Below, in pieces: positions 9,033 to 17,861 of a DNA stretch of 64,000 bases. Made by a program: the position numbers and the translations under genes. Positions within the stretch are counted from its first letter, which is position 1; every line of letters begins with the position of its first letter. The DNA comes from an uncultured Rhodospirillaceae bacterium (GTDB lineage Bacteria; Pseudomonadota; Alphaproteobacteria; Rhodospirillales; Rhodospirillaceae). Below the pieces are notes generated by a model, which had not been told where the DNA came from, made no database searches, and was given only the letters and a program-made list of their open reading frames with translations. The stretch covers positions 12,018 through 76,017 of the forward strand of contig CAXBLG010000008.1 of assembly GCA_963976395.1 (NCBI GenBank). The letters are read 5' to 3'.

Positions 9033-9511
9033 GCGGGCTTTTTGCCGCGCTGCTGAATATGTTTAATCAGCTGGGCGGCGGTTTGTTCAACCATATCCAG
9101 CACATCTTCAAATCCATTGGCACCGCCGTAATAGGGGTCGGGGACATCCTTGAGCGTTCCTGATGGGTGGTAGTCCAGAAACAGCCGTACGTCTGCGCGC
9201 GCGCCGTTGGGCTGAAGAGCCTGAAGATGCGCAAAATGACTACGGTCCATGGCCAGGATCAGATCAAACGTATGGAAGTCCTCGGTGCGTATGCGCCGGG
9301 CGCGCTGGCTCGATAAATCGATGCCGCGATTTGCCGCCGTTTGTACCGTGCGCGGGTCGGGCGGTTCGCCGACATGATAGCTGTGTGTTCCCGCTGACTC
9401 GAAGACTACGGCCTCGCCCAATCCGGCAGCGGCCGCGAGATGGCGGAGGACGCCTTCGGCAGTGGGCGAGCGGCAGATATTGCCCGTGCATACAAACAAG
9501 ACCTTGATCAT
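9029..9511 (-). CDS. Low-molecular-weight protein-tyrosine phosphatase
   Basis: P-loop VLFVCTGNICRSP (C-X5-R-S) and VPDPYYG (Asp general acid). Start chosen at ATG 9511 (MIKVLFVC). The track start at 9550 adds 13 non-conserved residues. Confidence 0.9.
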   Translation of the reverse strand: MIKVLFVCTGNICRSPTAEGVLRHLAAAAGLGEAVVFESAGTHSYHVGEPPDPRTVQTAANRGIDLSSQRARRIRTEDFHTFDLILAMDRSHFAHLQALQPNGARADVRLFLDYHPSGTLKDVPDPYYGGANGFEDVLDMVEQTAAQLIKHIQQRGKKPA

Positions 9512-9580
9512 TTTGTCGGTTTTGCTCCAGAGCGGTTGGGCCGTTAGCATGTATCGGTAACTTTGATATGGTCAAATATC

Positions 9581-10369
9581 ATGCCCCAATCTCCGACTTT
9601 ACCCAAGCCGCCCTTCACTGAAGATTCCTGCGCCGTTGTGCCGCAAGTCGTCCCGGCTGAAGATGCGTCGATTGTGATTCTTACCGGCGCGGGTATTTCC
9701 AAAGAGTCCGGTCTTGATACCTTCCGCGATGCGGATGGCATCTGGTCTAAAGTCCGATGGGAGGATGTTGCAACTCCGGAAGCTTTCGCGCGTGACCCCG
9801 AGCGCGTTCATGCGTTTTACAATATGCGGCGGGCGCGGACCCGGTCGATGGATATCCAGCCCAACGCTGCACACGCGGCGCTCGCGCTTCTTGAAACGCA
9901 GTGGCCCGGACAAGTTCTTATTGTTACGCAAAATGTCGATTCTCTTCACGAGCAGGCCGGATCCTCAAATCTCATTCATATGCACGGCGTTTATGGCAAG
10001 GCCCGTTGTAACTTCTGCGACCATGTCGTCGAATGGATGGGGGATATGTCGGTGCGGGACGTGTGCGTCGGTTGCGCACGCGCTGGAGGCTTGCGTCCCA
10101 ATGTGGTTTGGTTCGGCGAGGTGCCCATGGGTCTTGATGACATTCAAGAAGCGCTCATTGGGTGCGATCTGTTTATATCCATCGGCACTTCCGGTAACGT
10201 TTATCCGGCAGCCGGTTTTGTCGCGATGACGCGGCGACTGGACCGGGCTCATACCGTCGAGTTAAATCTCGAACCGTCATCGGGCGCATCGCAGTTTCAT
10301 GAAGCTCACCACGGACCAGCCACAACTATTGTGCCGGCCTATGTAAACGCCTTGCTTGCCCACGTATGA
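9581..10369 (+). CDS. cobB: NAD-dependent protein deacylase, Sir2 family
   Basis: GAGISKESGLDTFRD, QNVDSLHEQAG, Zn site CNFC...CVGC, GTSGNVYPAA. ATG 9581 is preferred over TTG 9563. Confidence 0.9.
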   Translation: MPQSPTLPKPPFTEDSCAVVPQVVPAEDASIVILTGAGISKESGLDTFRDADGIWSKVRWEDVATPEAFARDPERVHAFYNMRRARTRSMDIQPNAAHAALALLETQWPGQVLIVTQNVDSLHEQAGSSNLIHMHGVYGKARCNFCDHVVEWMGDMSVRDVCVGCARAGGLRPNVVWFGEVPMGLDDIQEALIGCDLFISIGTSGNVYPAAGFVAMTRRLDRAHTVELNLEPSSGASQFHEAHHGPATTIVPAYVNALLAHV

Positions 10370-10950
10370 GCGCATTGGTCAAAACGTTAAAAGAAGCGCG
10401 AGCCTGCACCATATGCGCTCGCGAATTACCGCTCGGTCCGCGCCCCGTTCTCAGAGCTTCCGCCACGTCCCGGCTTTTGATTATTGGTCAGGCGCCGGGC
10501 ACGAAGGTCCATGAAAGCGGCGTGCCCTGGGACGACCGGTCCGGTGACCGGCTTCGCCACTGGCTGGGTGTGGATAAGGATACGTTCTACGACGAGTCGC
10601 GTATTGCGATCGTGCCCATGGGCTTTTGTTATCCGGGACGCGATGCGAAAGGTGGAGACGCGCCGCCGCGTAAAGAATGTGCTCCGACATGGCACCCGCA
10701 GGTATTGCCGTTGTTGCCCAATGTCGAATTCACGCTTTTGATCGGGCTCTATGCGCAAGGGTACTATCTCAGCGACCGGCGCAAAGGCACGCTGACCGAA
10801 ACGGTGTCTGCGTGGCGCGATTATCTGCCCGAATATCTTCCCTTGCCGCATCCCAGCTGGCGCAATACGACGTGGCTGAAAAAACACCCGTGGTTCGAGC
10901 GCGAATTGGTGCCCGAATTGCAAAAACGCGCGCGCCAGGCTCTGCGTTAA
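10366..10950 (+). CDS. Uracil-DNA glycosylase superfamily protein (family 4/5-like)
   Basis: Motif A IIGQAPG and motif B LPHPSWRN. Start overlaps the cobB stop (ATGA). Confidence 0.8.
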   Translation: MSALVKTLKEARACTICARELPLGPRPVLRASATSRLLIIGQAPGTKVHESGVPWDDRSGDRLRHWLGVDKDTFYDESRIAIVPMGFCYPGRDAKGGDAPPRKECAPTWHPQVLPLLPNVEFTLLIGLYAQGYYLSDRRKGTLTETVSAWRDYLPEYLPLPHPSWRNTTWLKKHPWFERELVPELQKRARQALR

Positions 10951-11603
10951 GCCGGATCGTTTTCTCTAAATGAAACTCCTTCATACCCTCGCCAATAGGT
11001 GCGTGGCCGGGGATCGTTGATGCCAATGTAGCTTGTCGGTGGAGTATGTTTCTTAAATCGTTTACGCAGCGGCGCAGACATATGCCGAAAGACAGCCGGG
11101 GTCATGGTGAAGCGGTAGCCCCGCATACTGACGACAATGTTCACGGTCTTACCGATAATATCGAGCCATTCCTGTTCCTGAGATTTTATGCGACCGATGG
11201 CGACCGGGCCAACATGAGCGACAAAGCGCGCCCGGCCCGGGTAACTCTCCCGGGTAAGCCACGCGTCTCCCTGTTCGAGAATGTCCTCAACTGTTTCGAC
11301 GGCGGTATCGGTTGCCTCGGCGGGAAACGCAAACAATCCTGCATCGCCGATGGGTTTAATCAGTATCCCGCCGGCCTCTTCGAGACGCGCGTTAACGAGA
11401 CCGTGATAGCTGGTGACGAGTTCCAGAGCCCGCGCCGGCTGGGTGCGTTCGCAAAATACGGTGTATTGGGAAAGGTCATACTTGCCGACGAAAAGCTCGA
11501 GCTCTGTCGGCGTGCGCAAGTCCGTCCAATAGGACATAAGCGCCTCCCTTTGTTTCCGGGTGAACAGCCGATCCAAAATACTCGGCAGTGGGGGAGTAAA
11601 CAT
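10947..11603 (-). CDS. Stand-alone, divergent class III nucleotidyl-cyclase-homology-domain-like protein (function unknown)
   Basis: 218 aa. GGILIKPIGDAGLFAFP resembles the GG-x-K-x-IGD-x-x-MAVF block, and FVAHVGPVAIGRI ... IIGKTVNIVVSM resembles the RIGIHTG / GDTVN-x-A-x-R blocks. The first metal-Asp motif (FADIxGFT) is replaced by FCERTQP and the final Arg is absent. The family call is tentative. Confidence 0.45.
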   Translation of the reverse strand: MFTPPLPSILDRLFTRKQREALMSYWTDLRTPTELELFVGKYDLSQYTVFCERTQPARALELVTSYHGLVNARLEEAGGILIKPIGDAGLFAFPAEATDTAVETVEDILEQGDAWLTRESYPGRARFVAHVGPVAIGRIKSQEQEWLDIIGKTVNIVVSMRGYRFTMTPAVFRHMSAPLRKRFKKHTPPTSYIGINDPRPRTYWRGYEGVSFRENDPA

Positions 11604-11659
11604 CGCCGGCCCTTATGTCCGGCAGTTGCCGTATAGAATGCGCGGGGTGGCCTAAACGG

Positions 11660-12085
11660 TCAAGCCCCGCGCCGCTCCTCGGCGGCCGCTTCGGCCTCTA
11701 AATCCTCCATATCGGCATCGGAAAATCCGAAGTGATGGCCGATTTCATGGATCAGCACATGCCGTACCACATGCATCAAGTCTTCACCCGACTCGCACCA
11801 ATAGTCCAAGATCGGGCGGCGGTAGAGAAATACCATGTCCGGCAAACTGCCCGACATTTCAACGCCTTTTTCATCAAGGGCGATGCCTTGATAAAGCCCC
11901 AAAATATCGAACGGCGTTTCCAGCCCCATTTCCTCGCAAACGTCGTCATCGGGAAAATCGGCAATTTGAATGACCACGCCCTCGGTAAAGCGCTTCAGAG
12001 CATCTGGTAGAAGCTCAAGGGCGTTTCGCGCCATTACGTCCATATCGGCAAGGCTTGGCGCGAGAATGACCGGGGACGTGTTCAT
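11660..12085 (-). CDS. Small zincin-type metallopeptidase family protein (DUF1025-like)
   Basis: 141 aa, acidic, with HExxH in VLIHEIGHHFGFSD. Confidence 0.75.
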   Translation of the reverse strand: MNTSPVILAPSLADMDVMARNALELLPDALKRFTEGVVIQIADFPDDDVCEEMGLETPFDILGLYQGIALDEKGVEMSGSLPDMVFLYRRPILDYWCESGEDLMHVVRHVLIHEIGHHFGFSDADMEDLEAEAAAEERRGA

Positions 12086-12158
12086 GTGCGGGCCTTGCTT
12101 CGTATGAGTGCTTTGTTCATGGTTTAGATCTTATCAGGTTGAAGTAAGAGAGGCGATC

Positions 12159-12449
12159 ATGGTGCAGAAGTTGAATGCCGCTGCGCGCGCAGCGGCTCTT
12201 AAGAAGCTCTCCGATTGGCGGGAGGTAAGCGACCGTGATGCAATTCAGCGAACATTCAAATTTGCGAATTTCAACGAAGCCTTCGGGTTTATGAGCCGTT
12301 GCGCTCTGATGGCCGAGCAAATGGATCATCATCCCGAATGGTTCAATGTCTACAATCGCGTCGAGGTCACGCTGGCGACTCATGATTGCGATGGTCTATC
12401 CGAGCGCGATATTAAACTCGCCGAGTTTATGGATAAGGTCGCGAGTTAG
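12159..12449 (+). CDS. phhB: 4a-hydroxytetrahydrobiopterin (pterin-4-alpha-carbinolamine) dehydratase
   Basis: FNEAFGFM...[24 protein letters not shown] signature. ATG 12159 is preceded by AAGAGAGG. The track start at 12108 is an upstream GTG. Confidence 0.85.
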   Translation: MVQKLNAAARAAALKKLSDWREVSDRDAIQRTFKFANFNEAFGFMSRCALMAEQMDHHPEWFNVYNRVEVTLATHDCDGLSERDIKLAEFMDKVAS

Positions 12450-13361
12450 TTATTCCGCGCGCATGGGCGGCGGCGGTGTTTGTTTAACGCGCGATTCCCT
12501 AAATAGAATGTAAAGCGTAGATGCGACAATGATGATGGCGCCGACGCCAGTCCAGATGCTGGGGACTTCGTTGAAGAGCAAAAATCCAAACAACGCCGCC
12601 AGTATAATTTGCATGTAGTCGATGGGGTTCATCACCGTTGCCTCGCCGATGGCAAAAGCGCGAATCAATAGATATTGACCGGCGCTTGAGAACACTCCTA
12701 CAGCCAGTAGATATAACCACTGCATGCCTTGCGGCGTTTGCCAAACGGGTATCGCGGGAATGGCGGTCGTTACCACTAGGCCGAAGGCGTACCACGCCAT
12801 CAATGTAATCGGCCCGTCTTCAGCGGCCTGCTGGCGGATGACGGCGAGGGCGCCGGAAATGGCGGCTGCGGATAAAAGCGCCGAGAACGCGGCCGATTCA
12901 AAGATCATGCCTGTTGGCCCAAGCATGATGACCACACCTGCGAATCCCACAAGTGTTGCTAAGCCGCGCCGCCAGCGGACCACTTCACCCAGCAGCAGTA
13001 CGGCTAGAAGAATCATGAAAAGCGGCCGGGTAAAACTCAGTGAGACGGCGGCTGCTAAAGGCATGTGTGTAATCGCATAGAAGGCAGCAGTTATGCTTAT
13101 GCTGGAACAGGCAAGACGTATGATGTGAAGCCCGGGTCGCCGGGTATGAAAAATCGAGAAGCCACGTTGTATTAGAAACGGCAAGATTACGGTGACCCCG
13201 AACACGCTTCGAAAGAAGACGATAACGAAAGGGTGCAGGTCGGTGCCCAGACCTTTTACGAGGACTGTTACAATTGCAAAACATGTGGATGCCGCGACCA
13301 TCCACACGGCACCGCGCATGTTGTCGATAGGAGGAAGATCTTTGGCTGAAGAAAAAGCCAT
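12450..13361 (-). CDS. DMT superfamily (EamA-type) transporter
   Basis: 303 aa, ~10 TM helices in two EamA-like halves. Confidence 0.85.
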   Translation of the reverse strand: MAFSSAKDLPPIDNMRGAVWMVAASTCFAIVTVLVKGLGTDLHPFVIVFFRSVFGVTVILPFLIQRGFSIFHTRRPGLHIIRLACSSISITAAFYAITHMPLAAAVSLSFTRPLFMILLAVLLLGEVVRWRRGLATLVGFAGVVIMLGPTGMIFESAAFSALLSAAAISGALAVIRQQAAEDGPITLMAWYAFGLVVTTAIPAIPVWQTPQGMQWLYLLAVGVFSSAGQYLLIRAFAIGEATVMNPIDYMQIILAALFGFLLFNEVPSIWTGVGAIIIVASTLYILFRESRVKQTPPPPMRAE

Positions 13362-13660
13362 TTGATGAAGCCTGTGGCTTGGCTCCGAAATATCTGGTCA
13401 GAGCGGAACGTGGATCGCCGGCCAAGAATGTGCGCCGCCGGTGCAAATAAAGAGCAGAAGGGTTGGTAAACCTCGCTTATCTTAAGCGCAAGGTGCTCCG
13501 ATCATTTGGTCAATGCTGCCAAAGCCGGTCTGCCATGCTACCCATGCATGGCGGCGGCCGTCGAGTGCGTCCATGGCTTGACCCAAAGGGCGCAGTATCC
13601 GAAAACTCTTCCGTGCTTACTGTGCAAGTTCCAGAACATTAGACGCAAAGGCGACCGTAT

Positions 13661-14938
13661 ATGCCCGAAATCTTGACCTCTGAAACGCTTGATCTGAAAA
13701 AGCTTCTTAAGCCCGGAGACAATGTTCTTTGGGGTCAAGCCTGCGGTGAGCCGCAGACTTTAACGGAAGCGCTGGTCGAGCAGCGGGCTGCTGTGGCGCC
13801 GATCACCGTTTACTTGGGCGCAGGTTTCAGCAGCACCCTCAAGCCAGAGCATAGTGACCATATCAAGATGATGGGATTCGGCGCGGTCGGCACGACCCGC
13901 CGTCTGACCAAAGGCGGTGCGCTTCACATAATTCCCTGCCATATCGGCCAGGTGGCCTCGTATATCGATCAGGGTGTGGTGCCATGCGATGTCGCGTTCC
14001 TTCAAGTGCCGCCTCCATTTGAGGATGGAACCTACAGTTTTGGCCTGATTAGCGACTATACACGTACTTTGGTGAACAAGGCCCGTACAGTGATTGTTGA
14101 GGTCAACGACCAAGTGCCGCAAACGGATTGTCCCGACAGATTGTCACCGGATGATATTGACTACCTCATCCATTCATCGCGCCCTGCGCCTACCTTGGAA
14201 GCAGGACCGATCGGGGATTTAGATCGCGCGATCGCCAAGCACACCGCTGAATATATCGAGGACGGCTCCGTCCTGCAGATCGGCATCGGCGCCGTACCCG
14301 ATGCGGTCATGCAATTGCTGCTAGATCGGCGTGATCTTGGCGTTCATACGGGCAGTGTTGGCGATGGTCTTGTCGAGCTTATCGAAAAAGGAGTTGTAAC
14401 CAATGCGCGCAAGCCTATCGACCAGGGCGTGTCCATTGCGGGCGGGTTGATTGGGAGTCAGCGGCTTTACACATTCGCGCACCGCAATCCGGTTATCTCC
14501 ATGCGCCCGTCGTCTTATACCCATTCATCGGATATTCTTTCCAAACTTCCGAAGTTGGTGACCATCAACAGTGCATTGGAAATCGATTTAAGCGGACAAG
14601 TAAACGCAGAACAAGTCGGGGATGCCTATGTCGGCGGCGTTGGCGGTCAGCCGGAATTTGTGCGCGCAGGCCACAGGTCCGAGGGGGGTCATTCGATCAT
14701 GGCGCTATCCTCAACGGCGAAAGGCGGGTCGATGTCTCGGATTTGCGCGCGCCTGACGTCTCCTGTTGTAACCTCTCCGCGTACAGATGTTGATGTGGTG
14801 GTGACCGAGCACGGTGCGGCGGAACTGAGGGGTCAGACTTTCGCCGAACGCGCCAAGCGACTTATTGCCATCGCTGATCCCAAGTTCCGCGAAGATTTAG
14901 ACCGTGAAGCGCAGGTCATCTACAAGCGCGGCTATTAA
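13661..14938 (+). CDS. Acetyl-CoA hydrolase/transferase family protein (4-hydroxybutyrate/succinyl-CoA:acid CoA-transferase type, RipA-like)
   Basis: 425 aa. [12 protein letters not shown] and [17 protein letters not shown] (catalytic-Glu region) are typical of this CoA-transferase family. Confidence 0.85.
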   Translation: MPEILTSETLDLKKLLKPGDNVLWGQACGEPQTLTEALVEQRAAVAPITVYLGAGFSSTLKPEHSDHIKMMGFGAVGTTRRLTKGGALHIIPCHIGQVASYIDQGVVPCDVAFLQVPPPFEDGTYSFGLISDYTRTLVNKARTVIVEVNDQVPQTDCPDRLSPDDIDYLIHSSRPAPTLEAGPIGDLDRAIAKHTAEYIEDGSVLQIGIGAVPDAVMQLLLDRRDLGVHTGSVGDGLVELIEKGVVTNARKPIDQGVSIAGGLIGSQRLYTFAHRNPVISMRPSSYTHSSDILSKLPKLVTINSALEIDLSGQVNAEQVGDAYVGGVGGQPEFVRAGHRSEGGHSIMALSSTAKGGSMSRICARLTSPVVTSPRTDVDVVVTEHGAAELRGQTFAERAKRLIAIADPKFREDLDREAQVIYKRGY

Positions 14939-14999
14939 TGGACTTTCGGCTTCTCCAGTATTAAGCCTGAACGAACGAAAAGAACGAGGAGATAGGGAC

Positions 15000-15702
15000 G
15001 TGACGAGTAAAAAAGTTCACCCGGACGCAAAATCTGCCCTGGCCGGACTCTTGCGCGATGACATGACCATCATGGCGGGCGGTTTTGGCCTTTGCGGCAT
15101 TCCGGAAGTGCTGATCGAGGCCATTCGCGAGTCGGGTGTCAAAGGCCTGACCGTTATATCGAACAACTGTGGTATCGACGATGTCGGCCTCGGTATTTTG
15201 CTGAAGACCCGGCAGATCAAGAAGATGGTCAGCTCTTACGTTGGTGAAAACGCGACGTTCGCAAAACAATATCTCGCCGGAGAACTCGAGATTGAGTTCA
15301 ATCCTCAAGGCACATTGGCGGAGCGATGCCGCGCCGGCGGTGCGGGCATCCCGGCTTTTTTCACGCCCACGGGTTACGGCACGCAGGTGGCGGAAGGCAA
15401 AGAAACGCGCGAGTTCAATGGTCGGCATTATGTGATGGAGACCGGCCTTGTTGCGGACCTATCCATTGTTCATGCCTGGAAGGGCGATACGGAAGGTAAC
15501 CTTGTCTACCGGATGACGGCTCGGAACCTCAATCCAGTCATGGCTGACCGTCGCGGAAGTCGAGAACTTGGTGAACACCGGCGATATTGATCCCGATCAA
15601 ATCATGACACCGGGCATTTACGTGCACCGTCTTATCAAGTTGGACAAGGTGACGAAGCATATCGAAAAGCGCACCACCCGTCCGCGCGCGGCGGCTGAGT
15701 AG
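15000..15702 (+). pseudogene. scoA: 3-oxoacid CoA-transferase subunit A, interrupted by a frameshift near 15540-15547
   Basis: GTG 15000 is preceded by GAGGAG. The frame-0 product ([24 protein letters not shown]) runs normally to ...NLNPVMA, then gives 14 unrelated residues and TGA at 15588-15590. The conserved C-terminus [32 protein letters not shown]...RTTRPRAAAE continues in the +1 frame from 15544 to TAG 15700-15702, 12 nt before scoB. Confidence 0.7.
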
Positions 15703-15714
15703 GAGGCAGATACA

Positions 15715-16374
15715 ATGGCATGGGATAGAGACCAGATGGCCGCGCGGGCGGCTAAAGAAATTAAAGACGGATTTTACGTTAACCTTGGCATCGGTATTCC
15801 GACGCTTGTCGCCAATCACGTGCCGCAGGACATAACGATCCAGCTACACAGTGAAAACGGCATGCTCGGTATGGGACCGTTTCCCTTCGAAGGCGAAGAA
15901 GACGCAGATCTTATCAACGCCGGCAAACAGACGGTGACAACCCTTCCGTCCACCAGCTTCTTCGACAGCGCTGAGTCCTTCGGCATGGTGCGCGGCGGGC
16001 ACATTCAGTTATCTGTTCTGGGTGCGCTTCAAGTGGCCGATGATGGCGATCTAGCCAACTGGATGATTCCGGGGAAGATGGTCAAAGGCATGGGTGGGGC
16101 AATGGACTTGGTGGCCGGTGTGCCGCGCCTTGTCATTCTCATGGAACACGTCAACAAAAGCGGCGAGCACAAGATTCTAAAGGAATGCACGTTGCCGCTG
16201 ACCGGCAAGGGCGTGGTGAATATGATCATCACCGATTTGTGTGTGTTCGAGGTGGGCCGTCCGGGCTTGACCCTTATGGAAATCGCACCGGATGTGACCC
16301 TCGATGAAATTCGCGAGAAGACTGGACCGGACTTCAAAATTCATCCAGATCTAGAAAAAAAGCTCGCAAGCTAA
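15715..16374 (+). CDS. scoB: 3-oxoacid CoA-transferase subunit B
   Basis: 219 aa with the catalytic-Glu motif [18 protein letters not shown] lies 9 nt upstream of the ATG. Confidence 0.9.
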   Translation: MAWDRDQMAARAAKEIKDGFYVNLGIGIPTLVANHVPQDITIQLHSENGMLGMGPFPFEGEEDADLINAGKQTVTTLPSTSFFDSAESFGMVRGGHIQLSVLGALQVADDGDLANWMIPGKMVKGMGGAMDLVAGVPRLVILMEHVNKSGEHKILKECTLPLTGKGVVNMIITDLCVFEVGRPGLTLMEIAPDVTLDEIREKTGPDFKIHPDLEKKLAS

Positions 16375-16415
16375 AAACAAAAGGGCGCGGAATTAAACCG
16401 CGCCCTTTTTCTATT
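16373..16415. terminator. Bidirectional intrinsic terminator between convergent scoB and the CitE-like gene
   Basis: AAAAACAA-AAGGGCGCGG-AATTAAA-CCGCGCCCTT-TTTCTATTT: a 10-bp GC-rich stem (16381-16390/16398-16407) flanked by an A-run and a T-run. Confidence 0.7.
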
Positions 16416-16430
16416 TCCCGCTTTGTCGTG

Positions 16431-17315
16431 TTAATTCACGCTCTCGCCTCGCAGTGCGAGGATATTACGCGCTTGTTTTAAGTGCGGAAGATCAAGCATA
16501 ACGCCGTCCAGAGACGCGACACCTTCATTTTCGCTGGCGAACGCGTCGATGACGCGCCGGGCATGCGCGGCCTCTTCATCGCTGGGGCGAAAGCCTTCGT
16601 GAATGATGGGTACCTGGGCCGGGTGTATGGCGATCTTGCCCGTCCAACCCTCGCGACGGATCATTTTGCACCATTTCAGCAGGCCTTCACTGTCTTTGAA
16701 CTCGGTGAAGGCAGTGTCGATAGCCTGTACACCGGCAGCCTTGGCGCCGAGCAGACTGAGGGACATGGCCATGCGGTAGGTGTACTCGTACGAGCCATCT
16801 TCGTGGCGATTGCCGGCGGCGCCAACATCGGCGGCCAGGTCCCAAGGCCCCCAGCTCATGCCGACCATGCGCGGCAGGTTTGCTTTAGCGTACTCGCCGA
16901 AAGATAGAACGCCGGCACTCGATTCGCCGGTGATCGCGACGATTTTTGTCGAGCCCGCCTCAGTGCCATGTTCAATTTCAAGAACATCGAGATACTTGGA
17001 AATCAAATCAACATCATGAGGGCCGGATACTTTAGGCACCATGATGCCGTCTGGCTTTCCTGCCATGATTCCGGCCAGATCGCGCAAGGGTGCATCGGAC
17101 TCTAGCGGATTAATGCGGACATAGAATTTGATCTTGCGATCGGTTTGCGCGCGCGCCGACATGAATTCGTTGATCATCTCTCGGCCAATCTGTTTGCGCG
17201 GTGTGGCAACAGAATCTTCGAGATCAAAAATCAAAGCGTCAGCCTCGACGCCATCCGCTTTGGATAGCTTTTTCTCACTGTCGGCGGGGATGAAGAGCAT
17301 GGACCGTAGAATCAT
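16431..17315 (-). CDS. HpcH/HpaI aldolase - citrate lyase beta (CitE)-like acyl-CoA lyase (malyl-/citramalyl-CoA lyase type, RipC-like)
   Basis: MILRSMLFIPAD and FDLEDSV motifs. ATG 17315 is preceded by GGAGG and lies 8 nt after the MaoC stop. Confidence 0.85.
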   Translation of the reverse strand: MILRSMLFIPADSEKKLSKADGVEADALIFDLEDSVATPRKQIGREMINEFMSARAQTDRKIKFYVRINPLESDAPLRDLAGIMAGKPDGIMVPKVSGPHDVDLISKYLDVLEIEHGTEAGSTKIVAITGESSAGVLSFGEYAKANLPRMVGMSWGPWDLAADVGAAGNRHEDGSYEYTYRMAMSLSLLGAKAAGVQAIDTAFTEFKDSEGLLKWCKMIRREGWTGKIAIHPAQVPIIHEGFRPSDEEAAHARRVIDAFASENEGVASLDGVMLDLPHLKQARNILALRGESVN

Positions 17316-17323
17316 AATGCCTC

Positions 17324-17806
17324 CTAGTTGGCAGATTTGCGTTTTTGCAAAGTGGTGCGTTTGCATTTCGCAACCAACTCGTTGTTTTGATTAAAGGCAC
17401 GGTGTTCAAGAAACACGATGCCGTCCTTGGGGCGAGACTTGCTGTCGCGTTTTTCAAGTATTTCTGTTTCAACGCGAATGGTGTCGCCGTGAAACAGCGG
17501 TTTTGGAAACCGCACTTCATCCCAACCTAAGTTCGCGACCGCCGTGCCAAGGGTGGTTTCGCCAACGGAGATGCCGACCATAAGGCCCAAGGTAAAACAA
17601 CTGTTGACGATGCGTGTGCCGAATTCGGAATGCTCTTTGCAGTATTCTTCATCCAGGTGCAGCGCGGCCGGATTATGTGTCATGGCAGAAAACATGACGT
17701 TGTCCATCTCCGTGATGGTGCGGCGGATTGAATGCTGAATAATGCTTCCGACCTCAAACTCTTCGAAAAAAAGTCCACCCATTGTTATCTCCTTTTTAAA
17801 ATCCAA
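17324..17806 (-). CDS. MaoC-like (R)-specific enoyl-CoA hydratase, single hot-dog fold (RipB-like)
   Basis: 160 aa. FSAMTHNPAALHLD matches the hydratase 2 motif ([YF]-x(1,2)-[LVIG]-[STGC]-G-D-x-N-P-[LIV]-H). Confidence 0.85.
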   Translation of the reverse strand: MDFKKEITMGGLFFEEFEVGSIIQHSIRRTITEMDNVMFSAMTHNPAALHLDEEYCKEHSEFGTRIVNSCFTLGLMVGISVGETTLGTAVANLGWDEVRFPKPLFHGDTIRVETEILEKRDSKSRPKDGIVFLEHRAFNQNNELVAKCKRTTLQKRKSAN

Positions 17807-17861
17807 TCGCGCGACTTTCTACGCGAAGATATGAGTTGGTAAAAATTTGACCGCTGCTTAA

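Noticed and set aside
13362-13660. The 300-nt divergent intergenic region (and ORF 13538..13738) between the DMT gene and the CoA-transferase gene, examined as a possible regulator or sRNA locus. The gaps at 18798-19072, 23495-23720 and 43182-43463 were checked in the same way.
   Set aside because: I could not find convincing terminators, conserved-looking palindromes or tRNA/sRNA-like structures by eye. They are probably just promoter regions. A covariance-model scan would be needed to say more.
16150-16180. Additional ICE half-sites (TTCTAAA) inside scoB (~16173) and inside the RimK-like gene (~55684), and a TTCTAAG inside the TPP riboswitch.
   Set aside because: Each lacks the partner TTTAGAA half-site at N3 spacing and lies inside coding or structured RNA sequence, so these are chance occurrences.
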